A stretch of 64,000 nucleotides of DNA from Octopus vulgaris (GCA_951406725.2 OX597821.1:113832001-113896000), one strand, 5' to 3'; shown: positions 25,415-40,800, counted from the first letter of the stretch. The notes: a model not told the origin generated them from the letters alone. Program-made: numbers and translations.

Positions 25415-26205
25415 ATTTTGGCACAAGGCCAGCAATTTTAAGGGTGGGGCAAGACGATTTGATCTATTCCAGTTTTTGACTGGTGCTTATTTTATCGACG
25501 CTCAAAAGGATGAAAGGTAAAGTTGGCCTTAGTACGATTTGAACGCATAACATAAAGTCGGAACAACTGCTGCATGCAAAGCGCTTATCCGACACTCTAA
25601 CGATTCCGTCAATCTGCCATCCTAACAACACCAATAACTGCTGTAACAACAATAGCAACAACAACAACAACAACAACGAAGACAATAATCCTTTCTACTA
25701 AAGGTACAAGACCTGAGATTTTGAGGGAGGAGACCAGTCGATTACATCAACTCCAGTGCGTAACTAGTACCTAATTTATCGATGAAAGGATGAAAGGCAA
25801 AGTCGAACCCAGCGGGATTTGAACTCAGAACGTCGAGACAGATGAAATACCGCTAAGCATTTCGCCCGGCGTGCTAACGATTCTGCCAGATCGCCGCCTT
25901 AAACAACAATAATAATAATCTTTTCTACTATTGGCACAAGGCCTGAAATTTGGGGAAGGAGAATGATCGATTACATCGACCCCAGTGCGTAACTGGTACT
26001 TAATTTATCGACCACGAAAGGGATACAACAATGATAATAAAAATGGTTTCAAATATTGGCTCAAGGCAGCAATTTCAGGGGGAAGGGGGAAGTTGATTAC
26101 GTCGAAACCAGTGTCAAACTGGTACTTAATTCATCGACCCCGACAGAATGAAAAATAAAATCGACCTCAGCGGCATTTGGACTCGAAAATGTAAAGACAG
26201 ACGAA
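25415..26205 (-). mobile_element. Cluster of four tandem SINE family 1 copies or fragments
   Basis: Repeated ggcacaaggc...cgattacatcgac...gatgaaaggcaaagtcg units separated by (AAT)/(AAC) tracts. Confidence 0.78.
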
Positions 26206-26222
26206 CAATGATAGCGATAATA

Positions 26223-26257
<35 letters not shown>

Positions 26258-26899
26258 CGTGCTAAGCTCATAAATAGATGCCAACGATACATGTCCAGTG
26301 CCTATTTGAACAATGCCAACGAAATGAAAAGCAAATTTGTCCAATGCCAGTTTAAAACTCAGAATGAAAAAGCAACGCATTTTACTTAACGCTTCGCACC
26401 TGGACCCTCTTTTCGTCCACGCTTCTCATCAGTCATGCTGTATTGGAACAACAATAGGTTCCTGCATTGACACAAAACTAGGCATCTGGAGAAGGATTAA
26501 CAATCTATTCTACCATTTTACTGTTTATTTATTTTATCGACCCCAGAAAAACGCAAGATTAAACCACCCACCATTGGATTTGGTCCCAGAGTGTGAATAA
26601 ACGTAAATAAATATCGTAAAATTACTTCGGCTGGCGCTCAACCGATTCTGCTATTCAACCATCATACTTTAAACGTTGGTAATGATAAAATAAAGATTAA
26701 TAAAATGGAGGTAGTTTTCCATCTATGTAACACACAAATATAGAAATCTAGGAGTGTTTGTCGTTGTCAATAAATATGGTTGTGGCGAGGAGTCCATTTC
26801 GAAGGTTTTGTGTCTAAAACGTCAGCCATTTTACCTTTTGCTTCAACTGTTGTAAGATTCTAACTTATTGATATTCACAGGCTTCTTTGTTTTTATTAC

Positions 26900-27020
26900 A
26901 ATTGTGGTTCAGTCCCACTGCGTGGCACCTTGGGAATGTGTCTTCTACCATAGCCTCGGGTCGACCAAAGCTTTGTGAGTGGATTTGGTAGACGGAAACT
27001 GAAAAGAAATTCGTTGTATA

Positions 27021-27119
<99 letters not shown>

Positions 27120-27546
27120 TAAGTAAAATGAGACAACAAAGGCAAGGGTGTGTCAAAATATTCCACACACCCTTGGTTTTGTGGTCTCATTTTAGTTAAC
27201 ATATACATGCTCACATAAGATCCACATTAGACTCTTCAGTCGTATCATTATCGAACTGAGAGTCTAACTACAGTCCTCCCATAGCACTTACATAGCCTTA
27301 CCAATACCTCTCATATATATATATGTAAATATGTATATATATGTTTGTGTGTCTGTGTTTGTCCCCTCCACCATCGATTGACTACCGACGTTGGTGTGTT
27401 TACATCCTTATGAACTAGCGGTTCGGCAAAAGAGACAGATAGAATAAGTAATAGGCTTACAAAAAATAAGTCCGGGTATCAATCTGTTCGACTAAAGGCA
27501 GTGCTCCAGCATAGCCTCAGTCAAGTGACTGAATCAAGTAAAAGAG

Positions 27547-27547
<1 letters not shown>
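26900..27547 (+). mobile_element. SINE family 2, interrupted in its internal microsatellite
   Basis: Head 26900-27015 and tail 27340-27547 match 17171-17575. Confidence 0.78.
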
Positions 27548-27641
<94 letters not shown>

Positions 27642-28280
27642 TGTTCTATCTATTAATGTATCTATTTCTTTATCTAACTATGTATTTGTCACTATTTGTC
27701 TGTATTCATTTATGTATATATGTATGATAAATTAATTTAATTTTATCTCTGAGATTCTGTAAACGCTTGTAAAACCAGTTGATATGAACACTTAGCTTGC
27801 GTTTTTTTTAGAAATAACCAGTTATAATAGTTTTTGTACACCAGAAACGGGTTTGCTCTGCAAATAATCAAACACTTCAGTGTTGACATTAAGTCTTAGA
27901 TGACACTCTTACGTAAATCAATAGCCAGCCGTTCCTCTCAAATGGAAATTGTATTGCATTTAGTCAATATTGGTATCACACCTTGTATGACAACTGTACG
28001 AATCTGCGATACTGCTTAATACGAGCTTATTCCAGCATTGTAGAATAATTGAGAGCAAACACTCAAGCCTCATGCATCAAACTCTGCGCTACTGAATGTC
28101 CTTTTCTCTGTTATTTTTATTTATTTCAATCATTAGACTCCGGTCATCAAAAAACGCTATTTTACTTTGTTTTGTTTATAAGCAAGATTAATGTAATGCC
28201 AATATAAGTTACATAGATGTTGAATTTTTATTTATTAATATGGAAGGGTCAGGATATCCATACATACATACATACATACA

Positions 28281-28534
<254 letters not shown>

Positions 28535-28681
28535 ATAAATATGACAGTATATGATAGACAATCAACGTGCGTTGATTATTGTGTCTAAATCGGGTAAGTT
28601 TCTACTTGTGGGCGTGTCGGGAAACTTCGAGTACTTTATGCGAGAGTTTCATATTTGTACAATATAATATATATATAATAT

Positions 28682-29611
28682 ATCAACTCCAGTCTGATCT
28701 ATATGCTGTGAGTCAATAGGCAGACAGAAACAAAATGCAACTGAACGAGGGAAAATTTGAGCTGATGCATTTTGGAAGGAATTCCTCACTAAAACAGCCA
28801 TACTCTCTTCCTTCAGAGGAACCGCTCACAGCCTCTAACAATATCAGAGACCTGCATGTAATTGTTGACGACGATCTCAGTTGGAGTGCACACATCAACA
28901 AGAAGGTTGATATAGCTCGTAGGATGAGTTCCTGGATCTTAAAAAAATTTCCGGTCCAGGGAACAGGGTGTCATCATACCACTTTTCTCCTTTTTACGGC
29001 CACCCCTCGAATACTGCTGCCCACTGTGGTCTCCCCATACAAGACAAAACATCTCGAGGATTGAATCACCCCAGAAGGCACTCACTAAACGAATTGAAGG
29101 CATGGCTGCTCTCGATTATTGGAACCGCCTTAAAGCCTTGAAACTCTACTCTCTCCAGCGTCGCCGTGAGCGGTACATCATTTCTACGATGTGGAGAGTA
29201 TACCGCCAACTTTGCCCAAACGACCTGAGCATTAGCTTCAAGGTTCATCCAAGACTGGGACCACGGGCCATACGTCCCCTGCCCAATTCGAGATCACAGC
29301 ATACATGTACACTGCAACATAATTTCTTTTCCTCAACAGCCCTGCCCTATTTAACATTGTTCCCAAAGAGATCAAAGAGGAAAAGGATCCTATCGACTTT
29401 AAACGGTGTCTGGATAGATTCCTTCAAGGAATACCAGATAAGCCACCCATAATTGGATACAACTCACCCAACAAAAACTCACTACTTGAATGGACCATAA
29501 ACAAAACTTGACTTAAACAGGATTTAGATAATCCTATCAGGTGGTGCTATTAAGTTAGACATGACCTGGACCAATCTTTGGTCGAAACATATCTAAGTTT
29601 TATCTAAGTTT
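28682..29611 (+). mobile_element. 5'-truncated CR1/L2-group LINE (RT C-terminus and 3' UTR), frameshifted
   Basis: LQSDL..V..., MQLNEGKFELMHFG, RDL.VIVDDDLSWSAHI, LEYCCPLWSP, YWNRLKALKLYSLQRRRERY; ends in a tandem atctaagtttt tail. Confidence 0.9.
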
Positions 29612-29905
29612 TATATATAAATGTGAGTGTGTAAAATAGATAAATAGATAGATAGGCAGGTAGACAGTCAGAGAGATAGATAGCTAGGTAGATAGATGGA
29701 TAGATGCACATATGCATCTATTTATCTATGTCTATCTGTGTAACTATGATGTCAGAAAGTTCGTTTAGCAATCAGATGGTTCGATGTTTAACCCCGTTCT
29801 GCGACACTTTGGACAAATAGATTCTGTTCTATCTTAAAATTGGCCGATAACTAACGTGTAGCATTTGATAGACAGAAGACACACACACACACACACACAC
29901 ACACG

Positions 29906-29984
<79 letters not shown>

Positions 29985-30124
29985 CACATTCATATGTGTG
30001 AGCTTGTTTCTGTGTGTGTGCATGAGTGAATGGGAGCGTGTGTCTGCGGCTTGTTTACCAATGTGTTTAGTTGTGTCCTTTTAATTCTTAATTAAAACAA
30101 ATATGGCTTTTATTCCGTACTTAC

Positions 30125-30178
30125 TTTCTCTCCTCTCAATCCCCGACGTCCTTCAGGGCCACGAGGGCCAATGGTTCC
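30125..30178 (-). CDS. Collagen Gly-X-Y exon: GTIGPRGPEGRRGLRGEK
   Basis: 54 nt, tttttag|...|gtaagt. Confidence 0.95.
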
Positions 30179-30779
30179 CTAAAAATATAAAAAAAGGAAT
30201 AAAAAATTAAAAAGGAAAACATGAATATGTATTTCTTTCGATCCGACTCAAGGGGTTATATGTAGCTAAGGGGTTTCTCTGGGGTTATATGTAGCTAAGC
30301 GGATTGACCTAACATATAGCTGTTGCTTATTTTTAGGGGTTTCGCAGAGAGGAAAAATAAAGTTACACATCAACCGGATCTGAACTTAGTAAGTAAAGAG
30401 TCAAAATACACTACAGACCACAGCTCAGCGCTTTAGTATTTGCACCAACTCACAGCCATTAACATAATTTACATATCTATAAACTATATATAAATTAACA
30501 ATATGTATAACGTATTTATTCATGTATAAGTCTACAAATTGCATTCATGTATAAACCACAGGTCAGATTTTTCAATTAAAATCAAGAATAAAATAAAGCG
30601 GCGTCCATTACACCAGAAAATACAGTGTGTATATATTGAAAAAAAAAAGTTTTTTTAAAAGAATATTTGCATATTCAAATACAAGTATTTAAGAATTCAA
30701 TCACTACTACTATCTACAACAAGTCACTTTCAGGGCACTTGACCATTTAACATCCTACTGCTATCATGGCACTCCCGTA

Positions 30780-30926
30780 TTCTTCTTCTTCTTCTTCTTC
30801 TTCTTCTTCTTCTTCTTCTTCTTCTTCTTCTTCTTTTTCTTTTTCTTCTTCTTCTTCTTCTTCTTCTTCTTCTTCTTCTTCTTCTTCTTCTTCTTCTTCT
30901 TCTTCTTCTTCTTCTTCTTCTTCTTC
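30780..30926. repeat. (TTC)n microsatellite
   Basis: Direct inspection. Confidence 0.95.
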
Positions 30927-31212
30927 ACCAAGAATTTACAATGACCGCGAACCCCCAAGAGTAAACAAGAGAGACAGAGACAGGCAGAAACATGGAAAAT
31001 GCCCCCTGTATTTGAATACTATGCAGATATTCTTTTAAAAAACTTTTCTTTTAATTTTTCCAAAATTTAATTGTCTTCCATACTTACTGTTGAAAAAGTC
31101 TCAATGACTGAAACCGGTACTGAAATGGTTTTATAAAATTATTTTAGCATTTTCTACCTTGACTTTCTTTTTCCATATATATCAACTCGTGTGTTCCTTT
31201 TCAACCTTATAC

Positions 31213-31271
<59 letters not shown>

Positions 31272-31661
31272 CACGTCATCACGTGACCGACCAGTCTATC
31301 AGATGTAGTTACACATCGCTGGTCACAATGAGTTCGCATTGTTTTAGCCTTCGAATGACGCCACCCCGCTGGCTAAGCGAGCAGGCCAATATATATATAT
31401 ATATATATATTGTGTAAGATATAAGTTAGAGGTTATTCAACCATCTAAGGGATAGATGTATCCGTAGGCATTCCCGGTGTATTACCTCAGTATGCATAAT
31501 ACTCGTCATAAGGTATACGGTAGTAGGTAATTTAAAGGTAAAACAGTGGTTTAATATAGAGAGAGACGATAAGAAATGGAGCAATAAGTAACAATGAAAA
31601 GGGGATCATTGGTGTTTTAAAGTCATTCTCATTTTTAACTATTCGCTCCATTTCCTATCGG

Positions 31662-31715
<54 letters not shown>

Positions 31716-31822
31716 ATATATCATAGATCTATATTATATAAATATAATGTTGATATATATTTGCATACATGGTTGGATATAATTAGAACGATATTGCTAT
31801 GAAAAGAAAGCGTTCTACCTAC

Positions 31823-31930
31823 CGTCTCACCATCGGCTCCTCGTGGGCCTGGCGCGCCTCTTAATCCTGGTACTCCGGGTAAACCTCGTTCGCCATCCCT
31901 ACCATTAATACCGGGGATCCCTGGAAGTCC
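31823..31930 (-). CDS. Collagen Gly-X-Y exon: [36 protein letters not shown]
   Basis: 108 nt (2x54), ttttttgcag|...|gtaggt; 12 perfect triplets. Confidence 0.95.
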
Positions 31931-32621
31931 CTGCAAAAAATATATAATACAATTGCATCAGATTTTTGGTCAGCGAAACCGCTAAAACACAAGCAGTTAT
32001 AATCTCTGTTATTTTTCACTAGAGTAGTTTCATGCGAATTTATATTTCACCACTTGGTGCAACACCGTGATCGTATGGTGTGAGGGGAGCATTGTGTTCT
32101 TAGTTTTAGGGGGTCGATTGAGGGAGCGCAGACTTCTGATGGTGTACTCGTTTTTTGTTATATTAATATATTAATAAGTGTACACCAGGCACGTGCATCA
32201 CAACCATATGTGCGTGACATGGTGTTCTCATATTAAGATAAACAGCAGGTGGGGCCCAGTAGGAATTTGCTTCAGGTCAAGTAACCCATCCCGCTCAAAA
32301 GGTCCCTGAATAAGGTTTGTTTTAAGGATGATGAACAAAACACCTGTTTCCAGAGGTAAATCACTCATATCCCAAAGACATGGCTATGATGCTCCCCCAC
32401 TACTTCTACTCGTGATCAGAGATGCACATATCGTCAGCCACTAAGGGACATGCTCAAGTGGTTGAGGTCAAGCAACTGACAAGCAAATCTATGGTATTGA
32501 GCAGATTATTTGCTGTAGCCCATCTTTTATACCAAGACAAAACAATGTACATGATAATACTTCCAATCAGTTAAGATGAGAATCCATGAGAGCCACTGCT
32601 TGGTACTGCATTAGGATATTT

Positions 32622-33601
32622 AATAACACCACCTTAGCAAAGGCGCAAAGGCGGAGGTATTATTTTCAGTTGTGTTTGTTTGCTTGTTTGTCCGTGAACA
32701 AGATATCTCAAGAACCGCTAAATGGATTCGGATGAAACTTTCAGGGATGCCTGGACACGTGACTGGCATGAGATGATTAGATTTTGGGATCGATTCGGTG
32801 CTGGACAAGGATTCTGGATTATTTGTTATATTTACTTAACTTTACATGATGTATTACGATCTTACTTTCACTTTCAAGTCTATCTCCCTTGAAAGCATGC
32901 TCATGGTTTCCACGTAAGTTATAGCGGCGTTGCTGTTTCCAAAGTTTTATTTTCGTTTCTCTAATATTAATTTTACTAGCGTCTCTATCTTTGTAGAAAC
33001 TGATGGATAAAAAAATCAAGCTACATGAACAAACGGCAGCAAAACCGTTCAGAAATGAAAGAACACTAACATATTCAGTAACAATAATAAATTTAATTAT
33101 CCTCAATAATTTTTAGTTTTACCAATCTCTGACCTACTTGACAATTGCATTTCTAGCTCTGCCTTGAAGGAAGTTTTACATCTTGGACCCACGAGTTTTG
33201 CGCGCAACGAAGTTCTTAAACTTCCGTTGGCAGAACCGTATGCAGGTCCTTTCCGTTTTCTTTCACGCACGGATAAATTTTCTACTATAGACATTAATGG
33301 CAATTATGACATTATATCAGTGTATAGACTAAAAAAAGGCCTTCATGGAGAAAACTGTCCCTGTTCCCACTGCAGACGGCACACACACAGTATTACAAAC
33401 ACGGCCCGCACACCCACTTTCACATTCCATGACTACCATTGGGATCGATCATGTACCGGACAAGGATTCTGGATTATTTTTCCGGGTCTTTTACTTAATT
33501 TTTGAGAGCGGTTGGGAGTTTATTTAAGATATTCTCATTTTAAAAATCATCTCCGTCTAATCGTTGAGAAGACGTTGGTGTTGCCTTGGCGGAGGTTTGC
33601 G

Positions 33602-33602
<1 letters not shown>
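32622..33602 (+). mobile_element. Helentron-associated / DINE-1-like non-autonomous element
   Basis: 5' ccaccttagc...aaggcggaggt hairpin, GTTT/GTCC microsatellite, atctcaagaacc...gatgaaactt core, 3' ccttggcggaggtttgcgc. Confidence 0.6.
33170..33335 (+). pseudogene. Gypsy-type integrase C-terminal (GPY/F) fragment
   Basis: PLAEPYAGPFRFLSRTDKFSTIDINGNYDIISVYRLK resembles the GPY/F module consensus PLxPxYxGPFxVLxR...SIDRLK. Confidence 0.7.
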
Positions 33603-33670
<68 letters not shown>

Positions 33671-34660
33671 CATTATTATTATTAAACAACCGTCGCGTAT
33701 TTACAACCTGGTTACTCTCACTACTCTGTAATTATTTTACTACACAAACGACCTCAGATCAAATTGCTTGCCAAACTCACAAATGTCCGGTTCATTCAGG
33801 GAAAATATAATCGAAATAATTCTAACGAAACTTATTGATTACATTTTCGCTTGGTCGTTAGTATTTCTTGTACATTAAACTATTTCATTGAAGTTGTTTT
33901 GCCATATTCAAGGCTTCCTTATAGTTTCTAAATCTAATTGAAAACTGAAATACTTTGTGATATCAGTTTAGATAAATCGGAATGAAAGTATTGAAGTGAA
34001 TGAGATATATCTTTATCATTTACTTTCATTTGTTTAAGTCATTAGACTGTAGCCATGCTGGGGAACCACATTGAAGGTTTAGTCGGACAAATCAACCCTA
34101 GTTCTTATCTTTATGTTTGTGCTTATTCTCTCGTTCCTTTTTGCTGAAATGTTATGTTACAGGGACGAAAACAAACCAACACTGGTTCTCAAACGTTGTG
34201 GTAAAGGAACAAACACAACCACAAGGACACCCACATGCGTACGTATATTTACGACGGGCTTATACTGTTTTTGTCTGCCAAATTCACTGATAAGGCATTG
34301 GTCGGCCCGGGGCCATAGTAGGAGAGACTTGGCACTGAACCCAAAACCAATTAGTTTCAAACCAATCTTCTTAACTACTCAGCTGTGTAGTTGACTATAT
34401 CGAATACTATATTACTGGTACTAAAAATTTAATTACTCAGAGAATAAAGGCAAAATCTGTTATCCCCGGAATTGAACATAAAATTATGATAAAGCTGCAG
34501 AAATGAAGTATTTGGTCTAACTTCGAGAATTGCCATGAAAACAACTCTTTAAAATAAGATAGGATTGAACCCAAAAGTTGCGAACCCAAAAGTTTTCGCC
34601 AACAATAAATCTATAGAGCTGTTAGATGAGTTCTACAAGTTTATCGTTTGAAATCGATAA

Positions 34661-35080
34661 AATAAGGACCAGTTGAGCAACGTAAGGATCATTTGAGCAA
34701 TGTAAGGACCAGCTGAACAATGCAAGGACCAGCTGAACATTGCAAGGACTAGTTGAACAATGTATGGACCAGATGAGCAATGCAAGGACTAGCTGAGCAA
34801 TGCAAGGACCATCTGAGCAATGCAAGGACTAGTTGAGCAATAGAAGGACCAGTTGAGTAATGTAAGGACTAGTTGAGCAATAGAAGGACTAGTTGAGCAA
34901 TAGAAGGACCAGTTGAGCAATGTAAGGACCAGTTGAGCAATGCAAGGACTAGTTGAGCAATGTAAGGACCAGCTGAGCAATGCAAGGACTAGTTGAGCAA
35001 TGCAAGAACTAGTTGAGCAATGTAAGGAGCAGTTGAGCAATCTAAGGACCAGTTGAGCAATGTAAGGAGCAGTTGAGCAG
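34661..35080. repeat. 20-bp minisatellite, about 21 units (tgcaaggaccagttgagcaa)
   Basis: Exact 20-bp periodicity over 420 bp. Confidence 0.95.
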
Positions 35081-37052
35081 ATGTAATCGACTTAAACTTC
35101 TTCTCCGAACTTGCTGGCCTTGTGCCAAAATTTGAAGCCAATATTTTGTACTGGAATGACTCCTTATGTTTATAAAGGAGGTAAAAATATAAACAGCAAG
35201 AAGACGGAAGCCGTACCATTCGTAATTTTACAGTAATGAAATAAAGAAATAAAGATGTAACCAAAACTTGTTCCAATTATATCTTAGAATTAGTTTGGTG
35301 AGAATTTCATCAATGAATTTGCCAGTAAAAAGTACTTGAAACTATATGAAGAAGCATAATAGTAATAATATCAAGTGGCTGACGAGTGTCGAGAAGTCTG
35401 TTAGGCTGGATGGCTGCGTCTTCTTTGCCTGCTTCTATAAATACATCTGCTTTTGATCAGAGACTCACTCCCTCGACTCCTCTAAATATATCTGCTTTCT
35501 CTCTACCACACTCCGAACGCCTCCAACTGCCAACAAATCTTCGACCATATCTCTTCCTGCTTCGAGGATGTATGTATGCATACGTGTGTGTATATGTATG
35601 TATGTATGTGTATGTATATATGCATTATGTGTGTGTGTGCGTGTGTGTGTGTATGTGCGTGTGTGTGTGTGTGTGTGCGTGTGTGTGTGTGTGTCACTTC
35701 ATTCTTCTCTAAATTCATCGCCCTCGTTGACTTCAGCGCTAACAACTTTACTTGCTTTTTGCACTCATCTTTATACTGATGTCGCTAGAGCAGAAATTAA
35801 ATATTTTGCAATCCTCAACTCTTTATTACAAGTACATAAATGACGGGGAAAGCTACCCAAGGATGCTTGCTGCATAAAAGATAACGGTAGAGTGGATGCT
35901 AGCATATACTGAACCAAGAAATTTTCCTTAATTAAAATTGAATATTTAATGGCAAAATATTTTCATTAATTTAAGTTTATGCGTTTTGTGTGAAAATCAT
36001 TTACTAAAGGACAAAATCTGGTTAAAAAAAGAAAAGGGAGACTACCAAGGAATTTTAATTAATGAAAATTAGTTAAATATGGAATGTAGTGACGAATATG
36101 TTTGAATTTTCTAGTTTTTATCCTGTACAAGTATTACTGACATTCCAAACTCTGTTGATCACTTTCTCATCTCCTAATTCTAAATTCTACCAAACTATCT
36201 CGATGACTTTACTTCCACTGTTCAGAAGAAATGCTTAGAGGTATTTCGTCTGACGCTATATTCTGAGTTCAAATTCTGCCGAGGTCGACTTTGCCTTTCA
36301 TCCTTTCGGCGTCGATTAAATAAGTAGCAGTTACGCATTGGGATCGATGTCCCTTTGTCTGTCCTTGTTTGTCCCCTCTATGTTTAGCCCCTTGTGGGCA
36401 ATAAAGAAATAATTGTGATTAAACCATCACTATAAACCGTTGCAATATGTAACATTCTCTCCCCGCAAAGTTGATTAGTCAAAACTTAGTCAATTACATG
36501 ATAACTGCTTTAACGGTGCAAGGGCTTCACTCCTGAGACATCAGAGACATCTGAGAGGACTGAAATCATCCTGTTGGGTATATCTTTTCAAATCCTCAAC
36601 AACGGAGGATACGTAAAATCTCATTTCCATCGAATGGTTTATGCATTACAGTGGTTCAGTTAAAATCACGGCCTACAACAATTGACAAAAAATTCACCCC
36701 CACCTTTTATTAACCGTCACAATTCCTGGAAATATATCGACCGAAACCGAAAAGATGTCTTTTTTTATGCATCGAAAAGCACATAAACTTTTCTGCCTCA
36801 CAAACTGTAGCCGATTCGTTTGCTTTCTTGCAAGAGAAGGTATCAACTTTAAGGGATCTTCCATCAATCCATTTTTTTTTCGACCATGATAATTCCGTAA
36901 GAGGTAGGCCAGAGGGGAAAATCTCAACATTTGCCACTCATTTTGCGCTTCTCTATACTGCATATACTAAATAAATGCCAGAAATATTCCTTTCAAATGC
37001 ACCACGTTTACCATCCTGTCAAACACACAGACGCACACACAGACACACACAA

Positions 37053-37084
<32 letters not shown>

Positions 37085-37346
37085 ACGCATACACACACAC
37101 ATACATATGCACGCATAAACCATGCACACACGCACACATATAGACACTTCATCATCAAGATATTATCTCATCTGTTTATACCTGTTCAAAATTTCACCTG
37201 GAGACGGTGAACTATATGCTATGATGTAATCTATGAATACATCAATAAAATTCTATTGAAACAGCCGTAGTAAATTTTAAACTCCATCCGTGTTCTTTTT
37301 ATACACACCCACACACGCACAAGCGGAAATAATGTGATATACTTAC

Positions 37347-37406
37347 ATCAGTTCCATTTATACCGGGTTTACCTCGTGGACAGACAATGTTACATTTGGG
37401 TTTTTT
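37347..37406 (-). CDS. Collagen exon, Cys motif and helix start: KKPKCNIVCPRGKPGINGTD
   Basis: 60 nt, tag|...|gtaagt, phase 0-0; CxxxCPxG followed by three Gly-X-Y triplets. Confidence 0.88.
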
Positions 37407-37836
37407 CTATAAAACATATCATGGTACATAATTAGTGACACAGTATAGAAAATTGTAAACTATAGTAAAATTCTACATTTAAAGATTATTGCTTTAAAAA
37501 CAGTTTTATCACAAAAAAAATCCCAAAAACGAATATAGCATTTTATGCATTGAAGAATTTCACACGAATATATTTCGTTACTGTTATAAAACATTGAAGA
37601 TACTGAACAATTTTCAAATGTACATTGACTTGAAACAACATTTTCCATGCATGAAATAACCAAGGAGAAACACAACATTTATATTGCAATCAAAGTTTGG
37701 TATTCCAACTCAAACTGTTTTTACATTTTAAAGAAAACAACTTTATAACAAAAAGTAATTGAAATACTCATGGTTTAAAATTACATATATTTATATACCA
37801 TGTATATAAAAATTTACATACATAAAATTGCATATT

Positions 37837-37891
<55 letters not shown>

Positions 37892-40800
37892 ATATATGTA
37901 TATATACATAAGATTATATATTATATGTACGTAGTATATAAATATATACATATACATATATACATACATATGTATATAGAAATTTTAGTTCGATAAGGAT
38001 ATAAGGAAGCATTCAGTAAATGTGGAAATATGTAAATGATGATAGACAATAAATTTTGATTAAGTAGGGGAAAGGTGGTAAATGTTTAAAATAAACAAAA
38101 GAATATATAAAACAATTATTGCCATGGACACAATGATTAACAGGTTCAGTTTGTACTATAGTTATGATGCATTATACACACTGTTTTACACATAAGCAGC
38201 AAGGTTTAGTCAACATAAAATATATAATATTTGTTATTTCATAATGGGGGTCGAACGACAAAATTATGGAAAGGAAATAGCATCAGATGAAAATAATGTT
38301 AAAATAAATAAGGGATGATTTTCATGCACAATTGATGGCTCCTTTGTGTTTGTTATGTAAATTTCTGCTGATATCTAAGCATATAATCTTTACATTTAAT
38401 GTATTTATGAAGAGATTTCAGAGTAGTTCAGCAAATGTCGGATTAAGCTGAAAAATATCCGGATGAGAGGAAAAATTGCTTGAGGACTGTTTATTAACAA
38501 ATATAAAAACAAAAACAAAGCAATATATATATATATATATATACCAACTATAATTGCTAATACAGAATTAAGATACCTTATGTATATTTTATTTGTTAGT
38601 GTCATAAACTTTGAAGAATGCTTTAGAAAATGGCTGCTTTTATAATGAGATAAATGGACGCCATATTGTCGGTTGATAATCTAGAGCTGGGTAATATTTC
38701 TCTGACTGAGATGTATCCTATTATCATTTGTTTTATCCATATTAAGTTCTAATTTTGCATTAATCTGATTTTTTAAATGTGTTTTATAATCTAAAAACCA
38801 ATCATATTTTAACCCTAAACGAAAATGAAAACTGGTAGACGCCCAAGAAATTATTATGGGATCTCTATTATGTCTATCTCTACCTAAACAAAAATTATAC
38901 TCATGAAATTTTATACAAAATTAATGCGTTGTTTTGTATTTGGTTTGCAAGATTCTTGGTGTGGATTTGTGTATTGAAATAGATTTTGTTTTATCTCGGG
39001 AGGGGCATTATGCCAATAATAAACACCCACACACTGGTTCTATATTACGTCTTCATAATTCATCAATTGGTTAATTATTGAACCAATTAACTAATCGATT
39101 GCTTAATTAATCGATCGATTTACCAATCAATCAGTTATGTTTATCCTTTCGTTGCCATTCGCGACTACAAAATGTACAATATTAATACATTATCAGGAAT
39201 TGAGGGCTTTTATGAATTTTTTTATTACATTATTGCTGAATTGACTTTTATTTATTTATTTATTTATTTAGTTTATGTTTGCCGAGAAAATTTCTAGTAT
39301 GTTATCATTCGTAAATTAAACAACTTTGGTGTTTGAAGACACACCTAAAAAAAACATCATTATAAATCCATATTATAAAACTATATAGACGGAGAAAAGC
39401 ATTTCCGTGAAACTGTAAGCGATCATTTGGTTTAACTTAATCGCTTGAATATTTAAGCTAAAATCCATAATGATAAATATGATTCCATACCTTTCCCTTA
39501 CATTCATTTAAAAGATATTTAAAGTTCAAAGATATATCACTCCAGAGAGATTAGCAAGTATGGAGAGAACTATTTTATTTGCTGTTAAATATTTCTAAAC
39601 ATTTTTCTTCTATAATTAAATTGTTAATTAAATGATAATTAAATGATAATCAGGACACGAAAGAAATTAATTACGCTATTTCGTTTTTAATGAAATGGCA
39701 ATAGATAACGAAATTTCTTACAGAAAAGATACGAAATTCTATTTCTAATCATGCTTGCAGTAAACTATGAGTAGAGAATTATTATTATTATTGATAGTTA
39801 CAATTCTGTTTGAAATGAAAGTCAATTCTACATCGTCATGTATAAGCGCATCTCAAATGATATCTAAATATACACAAGGGCAAAATGGTAGTATTGAAGT
39901 TCGTGCAACAGCTGTAGCAGTAGTAATTTGTTACAAATTGTAATTTAATTAGGATCAGCATCAACAGACAGAAGAGGAAAAAGAAATTAGAGAAGGGATT
40001 GACAGAGAGAAGGAATGAAATAATGATCTATAAGAATTATTTGTTCAAAAGAATGAAAGAAAAGCCGAAATCCACAAAAAAAAAGAGAAAAAAAATGACA
40101 GAAGAAAATGCGCAAGCAAGATTGGCGCCCAAGAGTGGCATGTCCTCTACCTGAGACGATGTTTTTTTCTTGTAATTATTTCCAATGGGACGCTGAAGAA
40201 TAAGAGGAATATTCTGTATAGCTAATGCAACTGTAATAAACATTAATCTCCGCTATTTGGCAATAGAAAGGAGCAATTAAGTATATGATAATGTGTATTT
40301 ATCTAAATATGTATGTGTGATATTGTGATATTGTCACTTATCAACAATGTTAGTAAAAACGATATCAAATTATTGCTTATGTATGACGTCCGTCAAGTGC
40401 TGGTGTTTAATAATAAAACAATTCCATCAGAAATAAACATGTTAATAAAATCACTATTAACATTAAATACAATGTGAGAAAGAAACACATTGAGTTAAAA
40501 TGGATATTAACTGATCGTTAAACCAATAACGTTTGAGGATAATTTTTAAAAAAAAGAGTTTTTAAGGAACGACCAAAGAAATATGAATATCTTTCTTGTA
40601 TGAATATTTGACGTGTTAATAATATCTATTGATACATGTTCTGTAAAATAAATAAGGTATTACGGCTACACCATTTTTTACATAAATTTTCAGATGTAAC
40701 CACTTTTTAATTAGTTATAAATAATCCACGAGAATTCATGTTCTCTCATATAATCAGATTCCAAATCCAATAGGAGGATTATTATCTGAAATGAAGTACA

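Noticed and set aside
34661-35080. Regular array superficially like CRISPR
   Set aside because: Units are contiguous with no unique spacers, the context is eukaryotic, no cas genes are present, and it derives from a SINE.
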